Notes under the pieces: generated by a model | Told to the model about the DNA's origin: nothing | Databases searched by the model: none | The model's input: the letters and a program-made list of their open reading frames with translations, nothing else | Assembly: GCA_020536535.1 (NCBI GenBank) | Contig: JAHLWZ010000294.1 | Coordinates: 1 to 52,111, forward strand | Source of the DNA: Pelomyxa schiedti | Taxonomy: Eukaryota; Protista; Evosea | DNA length: 52,111 nucleotides | Direction of reading: 5' to 3' | Position numbers and translations under genes: made by a program | Shown here: in pieces, positions 13,043 through 27,500 of the stretch | Layout: the number at the start of each line of letters is the position of its first letter | How positions within the stretch are numbered: position 1 is the stretch's first letter

Positions 13043-14423
13043 ATGAGGTGGTTGGTGGCGGTTGTCCTCTCATTGTATTGTTGTTGTATCGTTTGTCGTT
13101 CGGAATACTGCGACTGGTGGGAAGACAGGTCAGTCTTTTGAAAGCGGTCTTTGTCTCCATCTTTTTTTTTTTCCAACGAAGAGAGAAGGTGGGTGTACGT
13201 GCCGGGGTTGATTGCGTACGTGCCGTTCGGAAATTCGTACAGTAATGCAACTGCGGAAGTGAAGGTGAAAGTCAAGGCCGACAGAGGCCTCGTTGTGTGG
13301 GTTATGGGATGTAGTGAGCCGGATCCCTATGATACTTCTGTTTCCTTCTACACAAATTTGGTGTGTTATACCTCTATCTGCCTTTTGCTGAGCTTGTTTT
13401 ACCTTCTGTTTTTTTTTTTTTTCGTTGTCAGGACCCTCCATCAGTTTTACATCTTCCACAAGAACAAGCTTTTGGACTGAACATGGATGAGTACTGGTCA
13501 TCGTGGACATATTATTCTCCTTGTGAGGTGCCAGATGGAGAGTTACTTATTACTATGGCTTGCTGGAGCATGTATGACGACGTCCCTTGCAGCAATACAT
13601 TTTCCTATAGTGCGATCCCCAGTTAAAACGCTTACAATTATAATTATATTTAGCAATACAGGTTTATGCATGGACTCCTTTTATTGGAAGGTCAATATGA
13701 CAAAAGAAACCATTTTTTTCTGGAATCAACCGTAACCAGGATTGAATCTGTGGATCAAATGCTCTATACTTATACTGTACCCCTCATTGCTATTGAAATG
13801 GATCCGGAAGTTGTTGCATATACCTTTGAAATTTCCTCTTCATTGATATTGCCTACCCTCCAAACTGGAACCTGGGATGCTGTTGTTATTCTCAGTCCCC
13901 CTTCTGAACATGACTGGTGGACTATCAGTACGTAAAAATAACAATGAAGCATCCATAACAAGTAACAAAGCTCTCGCACCCTACAACTCTTCATACTACT
14001 GCGGGGAACCCCCTTGTGGCACGTGGGGAGAAACCACCATCGTGGAGGATTCCTATGTTTCGACCACATTCACGAACGTGGTGCCAGGGAACAACTACTC
14101 TCTTGTTTTGTCTTTGCCCACACTTGAATATTCCTACACAAACATAGTGAGGTAAGTTTCTGCACTCACCCAAGCAATAATCACGGCCACTTACTTTTCT
14201 CCCAAGATACCCGTCAATGTTGATCCAGTTGACTGCCCGGCACCTAGAAGATGGATATGCGGAAGTTCCGGAAACAACATTTGGCCTCACTCTCATCTCA
14301 GAAGTACTTGCCCTCACTGTTGTACTTGCAGGTGTGGGTGGCCTTGCTGGATACCTTGTCTATAAACACAAACAACACCGCCTCATGTACAACCTCCTCA
14401 TTAACCCCTCTGAAACCTCCTAA
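13043..14423 (+). CDS. Type I membrane/surface protein of unknown function (multi-exon)
   Basis: Signal peptide MRWLVAVVLSLYCCCIVC, ectodomain VVAYTFEISSSLILPTL..PYNSSYYC..GTWGET, TM VLALTVVLAGVGGLAGYLVY, short tail. Confidence 0.7.
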
Positions 14424-14649
14424 CCATTTTGTGTTGAATTATTCGCCTGCCAGTTCAAGTGTGAAAAGAAAAAAATTTAGCCAACAGATTCGGTCTATTG
14501 GTGCTGTGGTGCTGGGTGGTGCCCCAGAATGTCGCTTCAGGGTGGTGGGAGGTTGTACGGTGTTCTGGTTATTCTTTGTGCTGGAATGACACCCAAGACC
14601 TACAAACGAGTGAGTCATTGGGCACAAAACCTGACACATGTCTAGCTTC

Positions 14650-14810
14650 AAGCAATGCCTGGTACCAGGCAAACATCGTAGTGAGAGATATTCGTTTTTG
14701 ACCCAAGATCACTGTCATTTATCTACCAGCTTACAGTCCAACTCTTCCTGGGGAATTCCCTCCTGAATTGGAACAAGCTAAAGCATGGTATAAATGGGCA
14801 GCTCGTTCCA
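14650..14810 (+). pseudogene. Degenerate IS630/Tc1-like transposase fragment
   Basis: One frame reads SNAWYQANIVVRDIRF*PKITVIYLPAYSP, matching DNAxYH...IYLPPYSP of IS630-type transposases, with an internal stop. Confidence 0.45.
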
Positions 14811-15553
14811 CAGGTACCAACTCTGGGTTTCAACACTGCATGTCAGCTTCTCGATTGGCATCAATCATATCCATACAGTACAGGGGCACCACACCACGAA
14901 AAACCCACCGTAACTATTTTGGTTTTTTCCCACCCATAAGTTCGGCCACACGGAAATTTTTTGGGATAAAAGAGGGGATTATGGGGCTCACTTTTGCCCT
15001 CCCCATCAGTTGGCACTGATAAATCATAACTTGTGGTAACTCGTATGATACTCCTCTTGGGGAGACACTGATACAACAAGTTGCGGAAAAGGCTAAAATT
15101 TCTTCTCTATCAGCGTTTGGGTGCGACACCCTTGGGGGGCTAAGGGTAAAAAATTTTTTCCCTTTGGTTCCAGACCAAAGCCTTGGTTTTTTTGGTTTCT
15201 AGTGAGTGTTCCCCACTGAGAGTATTTGATTGGCAGGTGGCCTTGGTTCTCTTTTTGTTTTCCGAATCAACGTTCTCGGTTTTTTGGAAAAACAAACAAA
15301 AAGAAATCATCAACTTCAAAAACCAAAACCACCCGGGTCATAGTCAATCGGCACCGAAAGGCCACAAGCACGTCCCATAACCAACCAACGCGCCGTGTTT
15401 CCAACCGCAACCTCTAGGTTTGAGTGGTTCGCTGCGCCGACCCATAATCATAATCTCCTTGGTCTCCCCAAGTCGTCTTCAAATTCCGAGGAGGTGCCGT
15501 CCCATTTGATTCGAAGATACGGAAACCCAATCCAGTTGGTTGAGTTACTTGCT

Positions 15554-15587
15554 TGATTGACTGATTGACTGATTGATTGATTGATTG
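15554..15587. repeat. (GATT/GACT)n microsatellite directly before the putative Roco start
   Basis: tgattgactgattgactgattgattgattgattg read directly. Confidence 0.85.
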
Positions 15588-18500
15588 ATGAACGAGGCGT
15601 ATGAGAAGCTGTGCACTGTAGTGAGGAATGATTTCAGAGGAGGTAGGTTGCACCTCGTTGTTCCGTGCATCAGAGTGTTGGTGGCTGCCCTCAGGCGATC
15701 AGAGCCACCTCCTAGGACAAGGAGAACCTCTTCTTCTTCTTCTCTGGCTCCGTTTGTTGCAAGTTTGTACATATCTCTTTTATGTTGAATTTTTTTTTTA
15801 TTATTATTATTTGGTTTGATTGAACCGGGGCTGAGTTAAATTGAGCTGGATGGAGTGGAGAACTTGTGTCAATTTGATTTGATGGAATTAGAGTTAAGTA
15901 TGACAAGGGAGATTAATGACTCAATCAAGGTGTACTTGCATCACAAAGTGTTGGAGGGGCCGTAGATTCCCGTTCTGATGTACACTCTGAGCCACCAAGG
16001 TCAGTCTCACCTTCTTTGACCTCACAAAGGTACACCTGGCAATTCTTACTGTAACCTGATTTCTTATCCCTTGGATCAGCCGAAATCAAGAGCTTACTGC
16101 TGGTGTCCTATCTTCATTGATGGGTTCATTTGCAAGCCAGTCTGGTGGAGGCCTTTCCAAAAGATTTCGGTTGGAAAAGCCAGTTGTAGCGGAAAATAAA
16201 ACATCCAGTACCAATCCACCTCCAGCAACTGCAAACTCCGTAAAAATTACGAGCAACCAAAGTAATACAGCAACAGAAAATAGTGGGAACCAAGGTTCTG
16301 CCAGCATTACAAAGACACAGGCCCAACAGAGTTCACTCTTCCTCTCACAGAGCCTCAAAAATCTTGCCTCATCAACAGAATGTCCACCTCTAAATGAAGC
16401 AAACAGGTCTTCTATCACCTCTCTTTTATGTGATGTGCTTCCAGAAATGGACAAGGAAGTACGAGATTCCATTTTTCATGATCATTTGAGAGAAATCCTC
16501 CTCCAAGCAAATAGTGTCTTACACAGCAGCAGCATTGAGGAGTTATTGATTTCGCACTTTCCAGTCTCCCCAACTCCAGGGGAGGGCAGTAATTCTCTTG
16601 AGGCAAGTGTTCTAGGCTACAAAAAATGGGATGAGTTGCCGGCAACAGTACCCTTGGACTTATCCTTCCTTAATGGCGTCCCTTCACAACTGAGGTGTAT
16701 TGCGTTAAAATCTGCCATTTTCAAGGCTGCAATTCCATACATGTGTGTCTTCCTGACAGAATTTTCTGACAAAAAAAAGAGAGAAGGGTTTCTCCGTACT
16801 TTGTGGAGTCAGATGGAAAACTTTGTCTCTGAACTTGTATCAACATTTTCCAAGTTAAAAGAAACAGAAAGGCGATCTTACTACTCATTGTGGGCAGTTA
16901 TCCAGCAGCTTTTACTCTTATTTCATGTGTATTGCTCTGCTACTGACTTGTCTGATCCAAATCTTCAACATGGCTCTTCTTCTGAAACACAACCATTCAG
17001 ACAGAAAATGAGTGCAGTATTAAGGGGTGTACGTTCCCTCCACTCTGCACAAAGTGGAGATATCACAGAGGAAAGAGTATCGAGTATTCTCAGTGATGCT
17101 TTTCTGGCTTGTACGTCTTTGGTTACACCTGTTGAGGAATGCCTATTCACATCTCTGTTCGAACTGATTAAGAAAGATTACAGTGATTTCCTCTCCAATC
17201 CAACCCCTGTTTCTCAGAAGCGATTTTCGAATCTCCATAATATGTCTGTTATGAAATTGCTAGGTGCAGTAAACCAGTTACTAGGGGAACCACCTTGTGA
17301 TGTTGAAGTTATTTTAATTGGCCCTTCAAGCTGGCTTACTTGCTTGCCAAATTCATCCCTTCACTTCGCGCTTCTTGTATCAAAAGATGTAGATAGCAGT
17401 CCACATACACAACGCTATGTCACATATCTTGATGGTCTTACCCGCTTGGCAGTTTCAGGATTATTACAAATAGCCTGCCTTGTGCCCCATACTTCAGTTG
17501 GATTTCGTAATCTCACTTCCGTGAGTGCCGAAGCTGTCTCCCAGGCTGTAACTGGAATCACCAACTCTTTTGTAATTCCCTCTGAAAGTGACCCTCGAAC
17601 AGCTCATTCTGGAGTTCCAGAACGTCTTCTCCATACAAAAGTTATTTCTGTTCTGCATCGTGATCTCACTTGCTCTTGCTACCTCAGCTGTTACATGTGG
17701 CTTCACATGTTACCAATATATTCAAGTGATGGGTTACATGGGTCAGGGAAACATGGCGTCATGGTGAAACAATATTCAGGGTGCCTTGAGCATTTTCTTG
17801 ACAGTACTGTTCCAAAAGACCAAACCGAGTGGACTAAATTTATTAAAATGTATGGTCTACCAAATGTACCTTCACCGTCACCCCTGCTATTTCGGCACAT
17901 CATTCCACTATATAGCTGGTACTCCATACACCAGTCCAACACACCATCAACACTCAGCAGTATTCGCACTGCCCTTGACATCAAGATACTTTCAAAACCA
18001 CTTGATTATCTGGCAACAAGCTTGAAGGTATACTTCAATCTACACCATGTGCATCACCCAGTGGACGTGCTGATGGAAGCAACGGCCCACAGAAAGGAAC
18101 TATGCATCAAGGACCCTGGTGGTTTGTTTCCTTGGCAGCTACTTGAAAAATGTGCAGAGTCCTTACACACACTTCTGCGGATAAGACTCTGGTGGCAATC
18201 ACATACCATTATTCCGGAAGATAAGATGGAAATTTCTATGCTACCGGCACAAATGGGAGTTGACTTACTCTCTGTATGGGATTTAGTCGACCTGTTGAGA
18301 TACACACCAGTGGAGCAACACTTTCGCTGCCTAATTTCTTCTCTATGTGTGAGTCAGCTTCAAGGCTTTGTATCCATACTAAAAGCAAAGAGAAAAGTAT
18401 TCCCTCAGGGAAATTATTTCGACTTCAAGTGCAACCTAAAAGATTTCACGTGCCTGTACACATCCTACAAGCTGTTTGCACATTCTTTTTTAGACTGTGA

Positions 18501-21500
18501 CAATGTTGAATTATCCTTGGAAGCCCTACGTAAATGGTTGAAGAGCCTGCAGTTAATGGGGATGGAAGGTGCTGGCATGGAATATTTTGCACAAATTTCC
18601 ACCAAGCAGCGGGACGAAGCTAATAGGATTGTTGTAACTCTTGAAGCGATAATTGATTCCACAATGCAACACATTTCTCAAACAAAGGTGATTGTGATGG
18701 ACCAGGAAAAGCAAAGCAATCTGCTAAGCTTTTATCTCCTCTATCAATTCCTGAAGCATAAAGGCCCTCCCGATGAAGAAATGCTTGTTATACTCTATAC
18801 TATTGCTCCTTCAAAGGTCGATTTTTGGAATTACTGCAAAAGGTTTTGTCCAGTCAACTACATGCACCGTGTTCAAGTGGTCTTGGAGCAACTTCCAGTT
18901 AGGAATGGTTTTTGCCCAAGTGTGGCTGAAGCAAGGCGCAATTTTGAACAGGGACTGAGTAAACAATTACTGCGTCCTGTAACATCGAGCGAACAATGTG
19001 AAATCAACCCTCCCAACCACGATATCTATCGATTGGGTTTTGCTGGATTCACACTTAAAGCAGAGGGAGATGTGCTCCCTGCAATTGTCACACAACTACA
19101 TGATCCAAGCCACAGTTTTGAAGGATCCAAAAGGGTAATCACTCCAGCAGGCGACTATCTGCTGTTCAAATTCTTCCCCCATTTGCCTGCTTATGAGATG
19201 GCGATATCCAAACTACACGAGCTTTTAATTGGGGGGCGAACAACCGCCAAGTCTGTAATAGGGAAACTAACTGTCACATCTGGTACCACCACACAGATCT
19301 ATCCTGTTTTGATCACCCAGGATATTTCTGGAGCATCACTTGATCTTATTTTAAGCCGTCCAAGAGCCCGGCTTCCTTCCGTACAATACAGCAAGCACGT
19401 ATTAGTGGAGTTCATCACTCAACCTGAGTGTGCTGGTGCCACTACATTTGTCAAGTGTGACGATGGGTTGCTCGTTTCTCTTGAAAACAACAGAGTCTTT
19501 TACAAGTGTGACTCTCTTGATAGTGGAAATGGAGCAAACCCTGTTTCCGCAAAACAAGGCGTGGGTCTCAGTATACTCTTTTGTCATGACCAAATGAGGG
19601 AAAAGTTTAATCCCCTGGCGCTCAACGAATTTAGAAGACTGGACCCCACACTTGTTCTTGACAACTGGATAAGCTCCCTTCAATCATGCCAATTGAACCT
19701 CACCGAATTGATTTCCGATCCAGAAGCTCAATCATGGGCATCAGGTTCTCCATTACCAAACTCTACTGACCCTTCAAAATCGTGTTGTATCATGTCTGTT
19801 CACATTCCTCCTGAGGCGATAACCAGAGTGTTTGACACCATCACAGAAATTCAGGATATTTTAAAGCAAGCACCCGATATCTCTCCCCTTCAACTTTTGG
19901 GTCTTCTTAGCCCTATCAATGTGGCTAATTTTGTTGAAACCTTGCACACAATAATGGCGGGCAATCCCAAGGCCAGATTTTCCAAACTTATGCAGAAACT
20001 ATCATCAAGTTCTCTCTTGCCACAATCTCCCCTTGACTCTGCTCAACCAAGCTCTGCATGCATCAAACAAAATCCCAATCCCTCCAACTTATCATTAACT
20101 TGTTGCCGTACGAGATTAGATGAGCTAGTGAGACAGTCCCAGTATGCACTGCTTGTGAAAAGACTGTTTGAAATGAATGGAAATACTTCTGGGCTAAGTA
20201 TCCTCCCAGCCCATCTTCAGTTGAAGGTGTTGAACAGCCTGGATATGTCATTACACACACTCCCACCCACTGTCGAAAGGGAAATTTATGCATTATTAAC
20301 AAGCCCTTTGGTCAATACCCTCTGTACAAAGCTTGTATTACGAAGTCATCCAACTGAGCAATCAAAATTTGACTCCCTTCTGGTTGACAAGCATTACGTG
20401 CAGTCACTACGATTGGTGAGACTACCAATGCCATCGTGTTGCCTCTCGACAACTGTACTGGCAACTCTTCGAACCATTCAGTTTGAATCATGTGATAAAC
20501 TGAATTCCATTACACTGTCAGCATCCAATCTACCAGCCCTAACAAGCTTTGCTGTAACCAACTGCACGAACCTAATCACCATCTCAGTTGGCTTACCTGC
20601 ATCTATCACATTTAGAACACTTCATATACACAATTGCCCCAGACTCGCTATTGGATTTTCTCTCAAAAACGCACCAGACAATTTTGTTGTTTCATCGGCG
20701 GATAGTATTACCCATCTTTCATTAGGGTTACTGGGTTTCTATGGTAACACATAACATGTTAAGCCTCATTAACACCCCCCGCAGGGGATGACAATAACAA
20801 GGAGTATCCCCCCTTGATTCACAATATTTCGCAGCTCAGTATCTCAAGTATTACTTGAGCCACAACTTATTTCAATTCATTCTAATTCTTGCCAGAATGT
20901 CCGATTGGAATAAAGGCCATTTCTCTGCATGAAGTCTTTAAACAATCGGCATCCCTCTCATCACTCAAAATTGCCGGTTTTTATTATTATTGAGGATTCT
21001 TTCAAAGCTAAACTCTAGGATAGATAATGCAATTGGCGACGAGGGTGTAAGAAGTTTTTTGGAACCACTGATCCTTAATAAACAACTTGGGTACCTTGAC
21101 ATATCATGTATGTACTTGGGTGGTTATTTTCTTTGAAGAATAATCAACTGGTCAGCGAATAATATTGGGGTGGAAGGGTCCCGATGTATAGCTATACTTC
21201 TGAAGTCAAACAAAACCCTTCTGTCCCTGATCCTTCGTGGTATCCCCTTCATTTCCCCTCTACCCTCAGTAAGGTTCTACAGGAAATGCCTGCGGACTTG
21301 ATGGTATAAAAGCCATTACCGAGGCACTCAAATGGAATTTTACTCTGACAGCTCTTGATCTTTCTAGTGTGTTATCATTTTCTGAAACAATAATGGATAC
21401 ATCTCTATTTCCATAGAAAGCTCTAACTTGAACAAGAAAATGGAATAGGAAATGATAGCATGAAGCCAATTGCCGAGCTACTCAAAGTCAATTCAACACT

Positions 21501-24500
21501 AATGGCGTTAGACTTATCGGGTATGAACTGGTACCAAAATTGTCCCTGTAATCTAAGCTTGGTAGGAAATACGATTTCCAATGATGGAGCCAAGCATCTT
21601 ATTGAGGCTATGAAAGTAAATGCAACTCTTCAGAACTTAGAACTGCGAGGTATGTGTGGTTAGTCCTTTCCAACCTTACACTCTACCAGGGAATATGATA
21701 TCATCTTCACTGTGTGATTCCCTTATGGTTGCTGTTCAGCATAACTACTCTAATGCTGAAGCGATAGCAGCTAAGTTTTCTATCCACCGCCAATGCAAAG
21801 GTAACTGCAAGGATAAATTTGTTTCTGCCATGTGGGTCTGTATCAAGCAGTCCAATTACACAGATTTAATTGCACTTCTCAATACACGCCTTCATCACTG
21901 TGGACATTGGATCGGGGAAAACACAATCCAACCTTCAAAAGTTTCTTCCTTAGCATATAATGCATCCAAATCAACCTCTGGAATGGTTTCACTCCATCAA
22001 TCTTCACTCGTTGATGACTCTTCCACTGTGCTCTCTGTTGCTTCGTCCTGCAATTCGGCGAATATTGCGCAATTGCTTATTCTTTCAGGAGCTATCGTGG
22101 TTGATAATTTGCAGCCCTTACAGAGCACAGATCTCGTGCTGTCCCTGTTGAATGTGTGCAAGCTTCACCCCCCTACCTGTACACAGAACACACTACTTCT
22201 TCTGAACCTTCTTGCCCGAACTTGGGCACAAGTTGGGAATTGGTTTGCCTTCAAAGCGGTTTGCGTCCATTCATTACTTAGGGATAAAGGTAACAGTTTC
22301 ACTGTCTACACTCAGCCTCCTAACCCCAAAATCAGGTTTGGACCTTTCACACCTCAACCTCACCAGCATTCCACCTGACATAAGTAGTGCCATTGCTAAC
22401 TTTAAAAGCATCAATCTGTCTGGAAATAACTTTGACTCGCTTCACAGCTCCCTGCACAGTGTGGGAAACTTAAACTTTGAAGGAAATCCTCTTCGGCAGA
22501 TCCCTGAAAAATTCCGCTGTGGTGGATGGAGTGTACTTAAAAAATACCTCAAATACAATGGCTCACCTGTTAAATGGAACAATCGCAAACTACTTGTTGT
22601 TGGTGATCAGGCTGTGGGGAAGACAACTGTGTTATCTTGTATAATGCAACGCAAAAAAACATATGCTGAAAGTCAATTTAACACTGCGACTGATGGCATT
22701 GCAGTTCACAATCAATTTACAATGAAGAAAGGAAGCCCACTCAAGTGGGTAGCTTGGGACCTTGGTAAGTGTTGTTTTACACTTAAGTATTTTCTAATCG
22801 TTCCTCGGGTGTAATATCTTGCTGTACGGGTTATTGTAGGCGGACAGGTAACTTTCTTCCCTTGATTCAAACGTTCTGATATACTGACAGGAAATATTAT
22901 ATACCTCACACCAATTCTTTCTCACATCTGAGTCAGTCTTCTTGTTGGTGTTCAATCTCGACTTAGTTTTCAAGGACCTCTCCTCTGCGGATGCCAAAGC
23001 TCCACTTATCCAACCTCTGAATTCGGGCTCTACACCCACATGCACTCCAATAGCCAAAGCTAAATATAATGACATCGAGCTGCCATCATGCCGCAAGATC
23101 ATTTACTGGTTGAAGCAGCTACAAGCTTCACAGCAAAACAATACAGGAAAATACCCAATAAATGTTGTGCTTGTGGGCACACACATGGATAAGATAGAAA
23201 GCCAAAGCAATTCTGTGCGCTCCCTTATACATGTATTACAGCTGGCAATGGCCACAGTTCAATATCCAATTCATGCAGCCCATGCCTTTGCACTTAATAT
23301 GAAGTCTGGGGAGGGCATTTTCGTTAAAAGAGGCGCTACAAATGAAGCAGGTGTATCAGCTAAAGGTGTCAAACTAGTAATTGACCAGTTGGAGGAAATA
23401 TGTACTCAGCAAGAATTAGTGGTGCCAAACAAGTGGGCAACTTTATATTCCCAGATAACAACCAACAAGAAGGGCAGTGGTCTTCCCCTTGCGGTTGGTG
23501 TTGGAAGTTCTCCTTCCACCTCGGGTGTCCCTGCATCCCCTACAATTGCATCCGAACCTATAACTACATGGAGAGGATTTTGTGATATGGCAGCTGACTT
23601 AGGGATAGGAAAGGAACAGAAAGAAGAAACCCACATGTACAGTATTTTTTTTTTCACCCCTTCCTTTGTTCATTGCACTTCTTAGGTGTGCAGATTTCTT
23701 AGCCAATGCTGGTGCTATCATTCACTTCAAAACTGGTGCTGGGCCAAGTCCCACGCACCTCCAGAGTCCTCTGCACACAAGTAAGCCCACAAAAAGACTT
23801 GAAGACATTGTTGTATTGGACCCACGGTGGCTCTCTCTTGTAATGCAATCTGTTATGACTATCACTGGAAATGAGCGTTGGATGACAGCTGGATTTTTAG
23901 ATCCAAGTAATGTGTGTCATGTGTTTTCCAATTTTCCAAACGATATACACTCGGCTCTGGTAGAACTTCTGCAGAAGTTCGAAATTGCCCATGTGTTAAC
24001 CACAGGCAAGATTCTTATTCCAGCACTCCTGCCTCCACTTCCAAAATCTTCATCCAAGACAAGAGGGTGGGGTACAACATTCACTGGACAATGTCCATTC
24101 TATCTTGAAGCCAGGGCAGCTCCGCCGAAATCTATTAGTCAAGCAGGGATGAATCCTGTGTTAGGTGGAGCACCTCCAGTAGCTCCTGGAAGTATTTTAG
24201 CACAGAGGGCAAGACAACCAAGCCAGAACTACGATTTACTCACTGGCAGAGAATTTACATTCCCGTTCATTCCAATTGGTTTCTTTTCACGTCTTATGGT
24301 GAGGATCTTGGCCATTCCGGGCATAGTGCCTATCAACATGTGGAATTCGTGCATGCTAGTTTCTATGCAACAGCAACGGCCTGCATATCAAATATGTACC
24401 ACAAGCACTGTCAATCTTATGGACACCACTACTTTAAATACAGAAGAGGTTTGCCGGGCAATGCTAGAGTGCAGTGAGGAAACAAATAGCTTACTGATTC

Positions 24501-27500
24501 AAGTGTGTTCGACTTGTTCCAATGACAATTCCAACCTGGCAGGCGCTTTCTGCCGTCAATTCTCAACACTTATTGGTGCCATCAGTGTCTTTATACGCAC
24601 TTGTTACCCAAGCCTACTTGAGAAGTCGAAGCAAAACTTCCCATGTCCACTCTGCATTACTTCCTTGCATGTTGACCAGTGCAGCAGTTGCTCACGCAGG
24701 AGGCCCATCAGTAATGCGCAGAGTCATGCTATACAGGGCGAATCGAATACTGTTTCCCACAATCTTTATTCCTTCTCGATGGAGGAATGCGTTGACGCAG
24801 TAAAGCAAACACATGGTAAACTCTCTCACACTGCTGAAATTCAACAAGGCACGAAAGTTTCCACCAGGGAACACGCCGTTTCTATTTCTACAATTGCACC
24901 TGATGTTGCGCTTGGGCACCTACCTATTCTGGATTACCGTGATATTGAGGTGGAAAGCAAGCCAATGGCTCAGGGAGGTTTTGGTTCAGTTACGAAAGGA
25001 GTATGGCATGGGAATACAGTGGCAATAAAGGAACCGCTTTCCCATGGCACTGGTCTCACAGATGTAATTTATGAAGCAAGTGTGATGAATTCATTATCGG
25101 CGCATAAGAATGTAGTTAGGTTCTATGGTATGTGCATTCAGCCGTCTATCAGGCTTGTAATGGAATTTGTGTCACCTGTTGTCCTCCGGCCTCCACTGCA
25201 GTCTTTGTTAGGAATTCCCCTATTGAGTCGCCCGGACTTGGGCTTTCTTCTCGCAGCCTTGGTGGAAAGAGCAAATGTGAACCAACCTGTAACTGACGTG
25301 TCAGGAAGCCGTCAATCACTATATGGTGCAGCGATGTCTTCGAAACATGAATTTATCAACTCTGTCCTACCCATGCGGTTAAGAAGAGGTATAATATCTG
25401 ATATTGCCCGCGGACTTCATCACTTGCATAATCGCAGTCCTCCACTTGTTCATAGTGACTTGCATGCTGGTAATCTCTTTCTTTTATTGTTTGTGCACTC
25501 TTTTTTTTTAAAGAAAATCAAAAGGGAATATATTTGTGACCAGTCTTGACCCTGATGGATCTGGCCCGTGGGCAAAGGTGCAACCTCGTTGCCATCAAGT
25601 AACTGTCAACTCACGTTTCTTCTCCTATAGATAGCAGATTTCGGTCTTTCAGAGTTTCTCTATTCTGGCATTGCTGTTGATAGAAGACCAAATATACATA
25701 TCTTTGCCCCAGAAGTATTATGACCGTTGAATTTGTGTGTTTCTTAAATGAACACAGGTGCTAAATGGAGCCAAGCATGACACAAGAGCTGATGTGTGGA
25801 GCTTTGGTTTGTTTTGTTTCCAACGTTGCTTACTTCCCCAAACTAAGCACCATCTATCAGGTATGCTGTGCCGAATGATATATGATCCATTCACTACCGC
25901 TTTTTCATCTTTATTGAGCGATCCTACATTCGCACGTGCGTCCCTTAGCGGAGGCGGACCACCACAGTTAAATGAGCATGCTGTTAGGGACGCCCTAATT
26001 AAAGGCACCATTGTTCCTCAACCCCCACCACTCCTTCGTACAGACAATGTGAGCAATTATTGGGGTGGAGACAATGACACAGAACCTGAGGATGACAAGG
26101 AATCAAAAGATGATGACTCCACATGTCCACCAGGCTCCTGTCCAAAATGGGCATATGATCTAATGACATGGTGTTGGAAGCCAGCAGCTTCTAGGTTATC
26201 ATGTGCACAAATTGTTCACTGGATGGAGAGGTATTCTTTTCTTCACTCATTTAATGGCTGACATAAAAAGCGATTTCAAACTGCCTCCTCTGTTTATTGA
26301 CTTGCGGGTACCATTTCAAGAGCATTCCCCATTTGAGTTGGCTCCTTTGCAACCTCCTTCTTCTTCCAAGACCCAAATAACTAAGGTTATCTGGGTTGGG
26401 ACTCATATGTGGTGCGGCTGTCTCGATGGTATTCTTTCTGTTACCAACACGCATTTGTGCAACTGTAATCCTATTCCATGCAAGTGCGGAGAATCATCAT
26501 GGAGAGCACATGAAGGCCAATCAATCACTGCATTGTTATATGTTCGCAATGACAGCGACCCTACAGAGAGGATAATGACAGGAAATGAACTCAGTAACAC
26601 TTCTGTGGTTTTCAGTGCTACAGCGCAAGGAGAGCTGAGTATGTGGAATGCTACACTACCAAGAAACACCTCCATATGCCCGAGGCACACACGGAAAAAA
26701 TACGGCCGAATCGTTGCACGCCCCACACAACCACCAGCACCCTTGTGTAAGCAACAGAACACAGAGCAAGACGGAGAATCAACATTACCGGTCGGCATTA
26801 ATTGTATGGCTTATGTTCCTGGTGGGAAGACGAAGATATGGTGTGGTGACACTCAAGGCAAAGTCACTATCTGGGAGTGTGATTTCAGTGGCTTTACCAC
26901 GCCACAGTTTTATCTTATCAATAACTTTCCTGTTAGTGGTAACGAGAATAGTGGCTCCTCTCAGACTTCAACCTCTACAGCCACACAACCCTCCGGAATG
27001 GTGGTCTCAATCATGTTATTACCAATGAGCCCCAATTCAATACCATTGAAACGCTACGTCCTTTTATGTTGCATGAGAGGCCCTATTGTTGTATATGATG
27101 CGCACTCGTATTCACCACTGCAAACCTTACACCATCCCTCTGTTGATGTCAGTGCACAGTCGTTTTGTTGTTTGACTGCTATTGCCTTATGCAATCATCT
27201 GAAGAGTCATTCAGAGGAAAAACCGAGTTTCACTTTGTTTTCTCCATCTCCAGCAACCAGCTCCCTGGGGTTTCCTTCCGCTCTTCCTCCACTATCCTTG
27301 GAAGCAGAATTTGAGGAACGCACCCATCTGAATGCCACTGAAGAACCAGAATCAACACCAAGTACACCTTCTGTAGAAACACCAACCCTTCCTCCAAGTA
27401 GCCCTTCTCCGGCCATCTCTTCTCCACCGACTCTAATTCACACCCAGACTCCTCCAACATTAACCAGTACTGCAGTAATAGACAACATTCCCTGTCACGT

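Noticed and set aside
21240-21292. U12-type intron (GTATCC donor)
   Set aside because: The donor is GTATCCCC rather than GTATCCTT, there is no clear CCTTAAC branch site, and donors here are generally degenerate.
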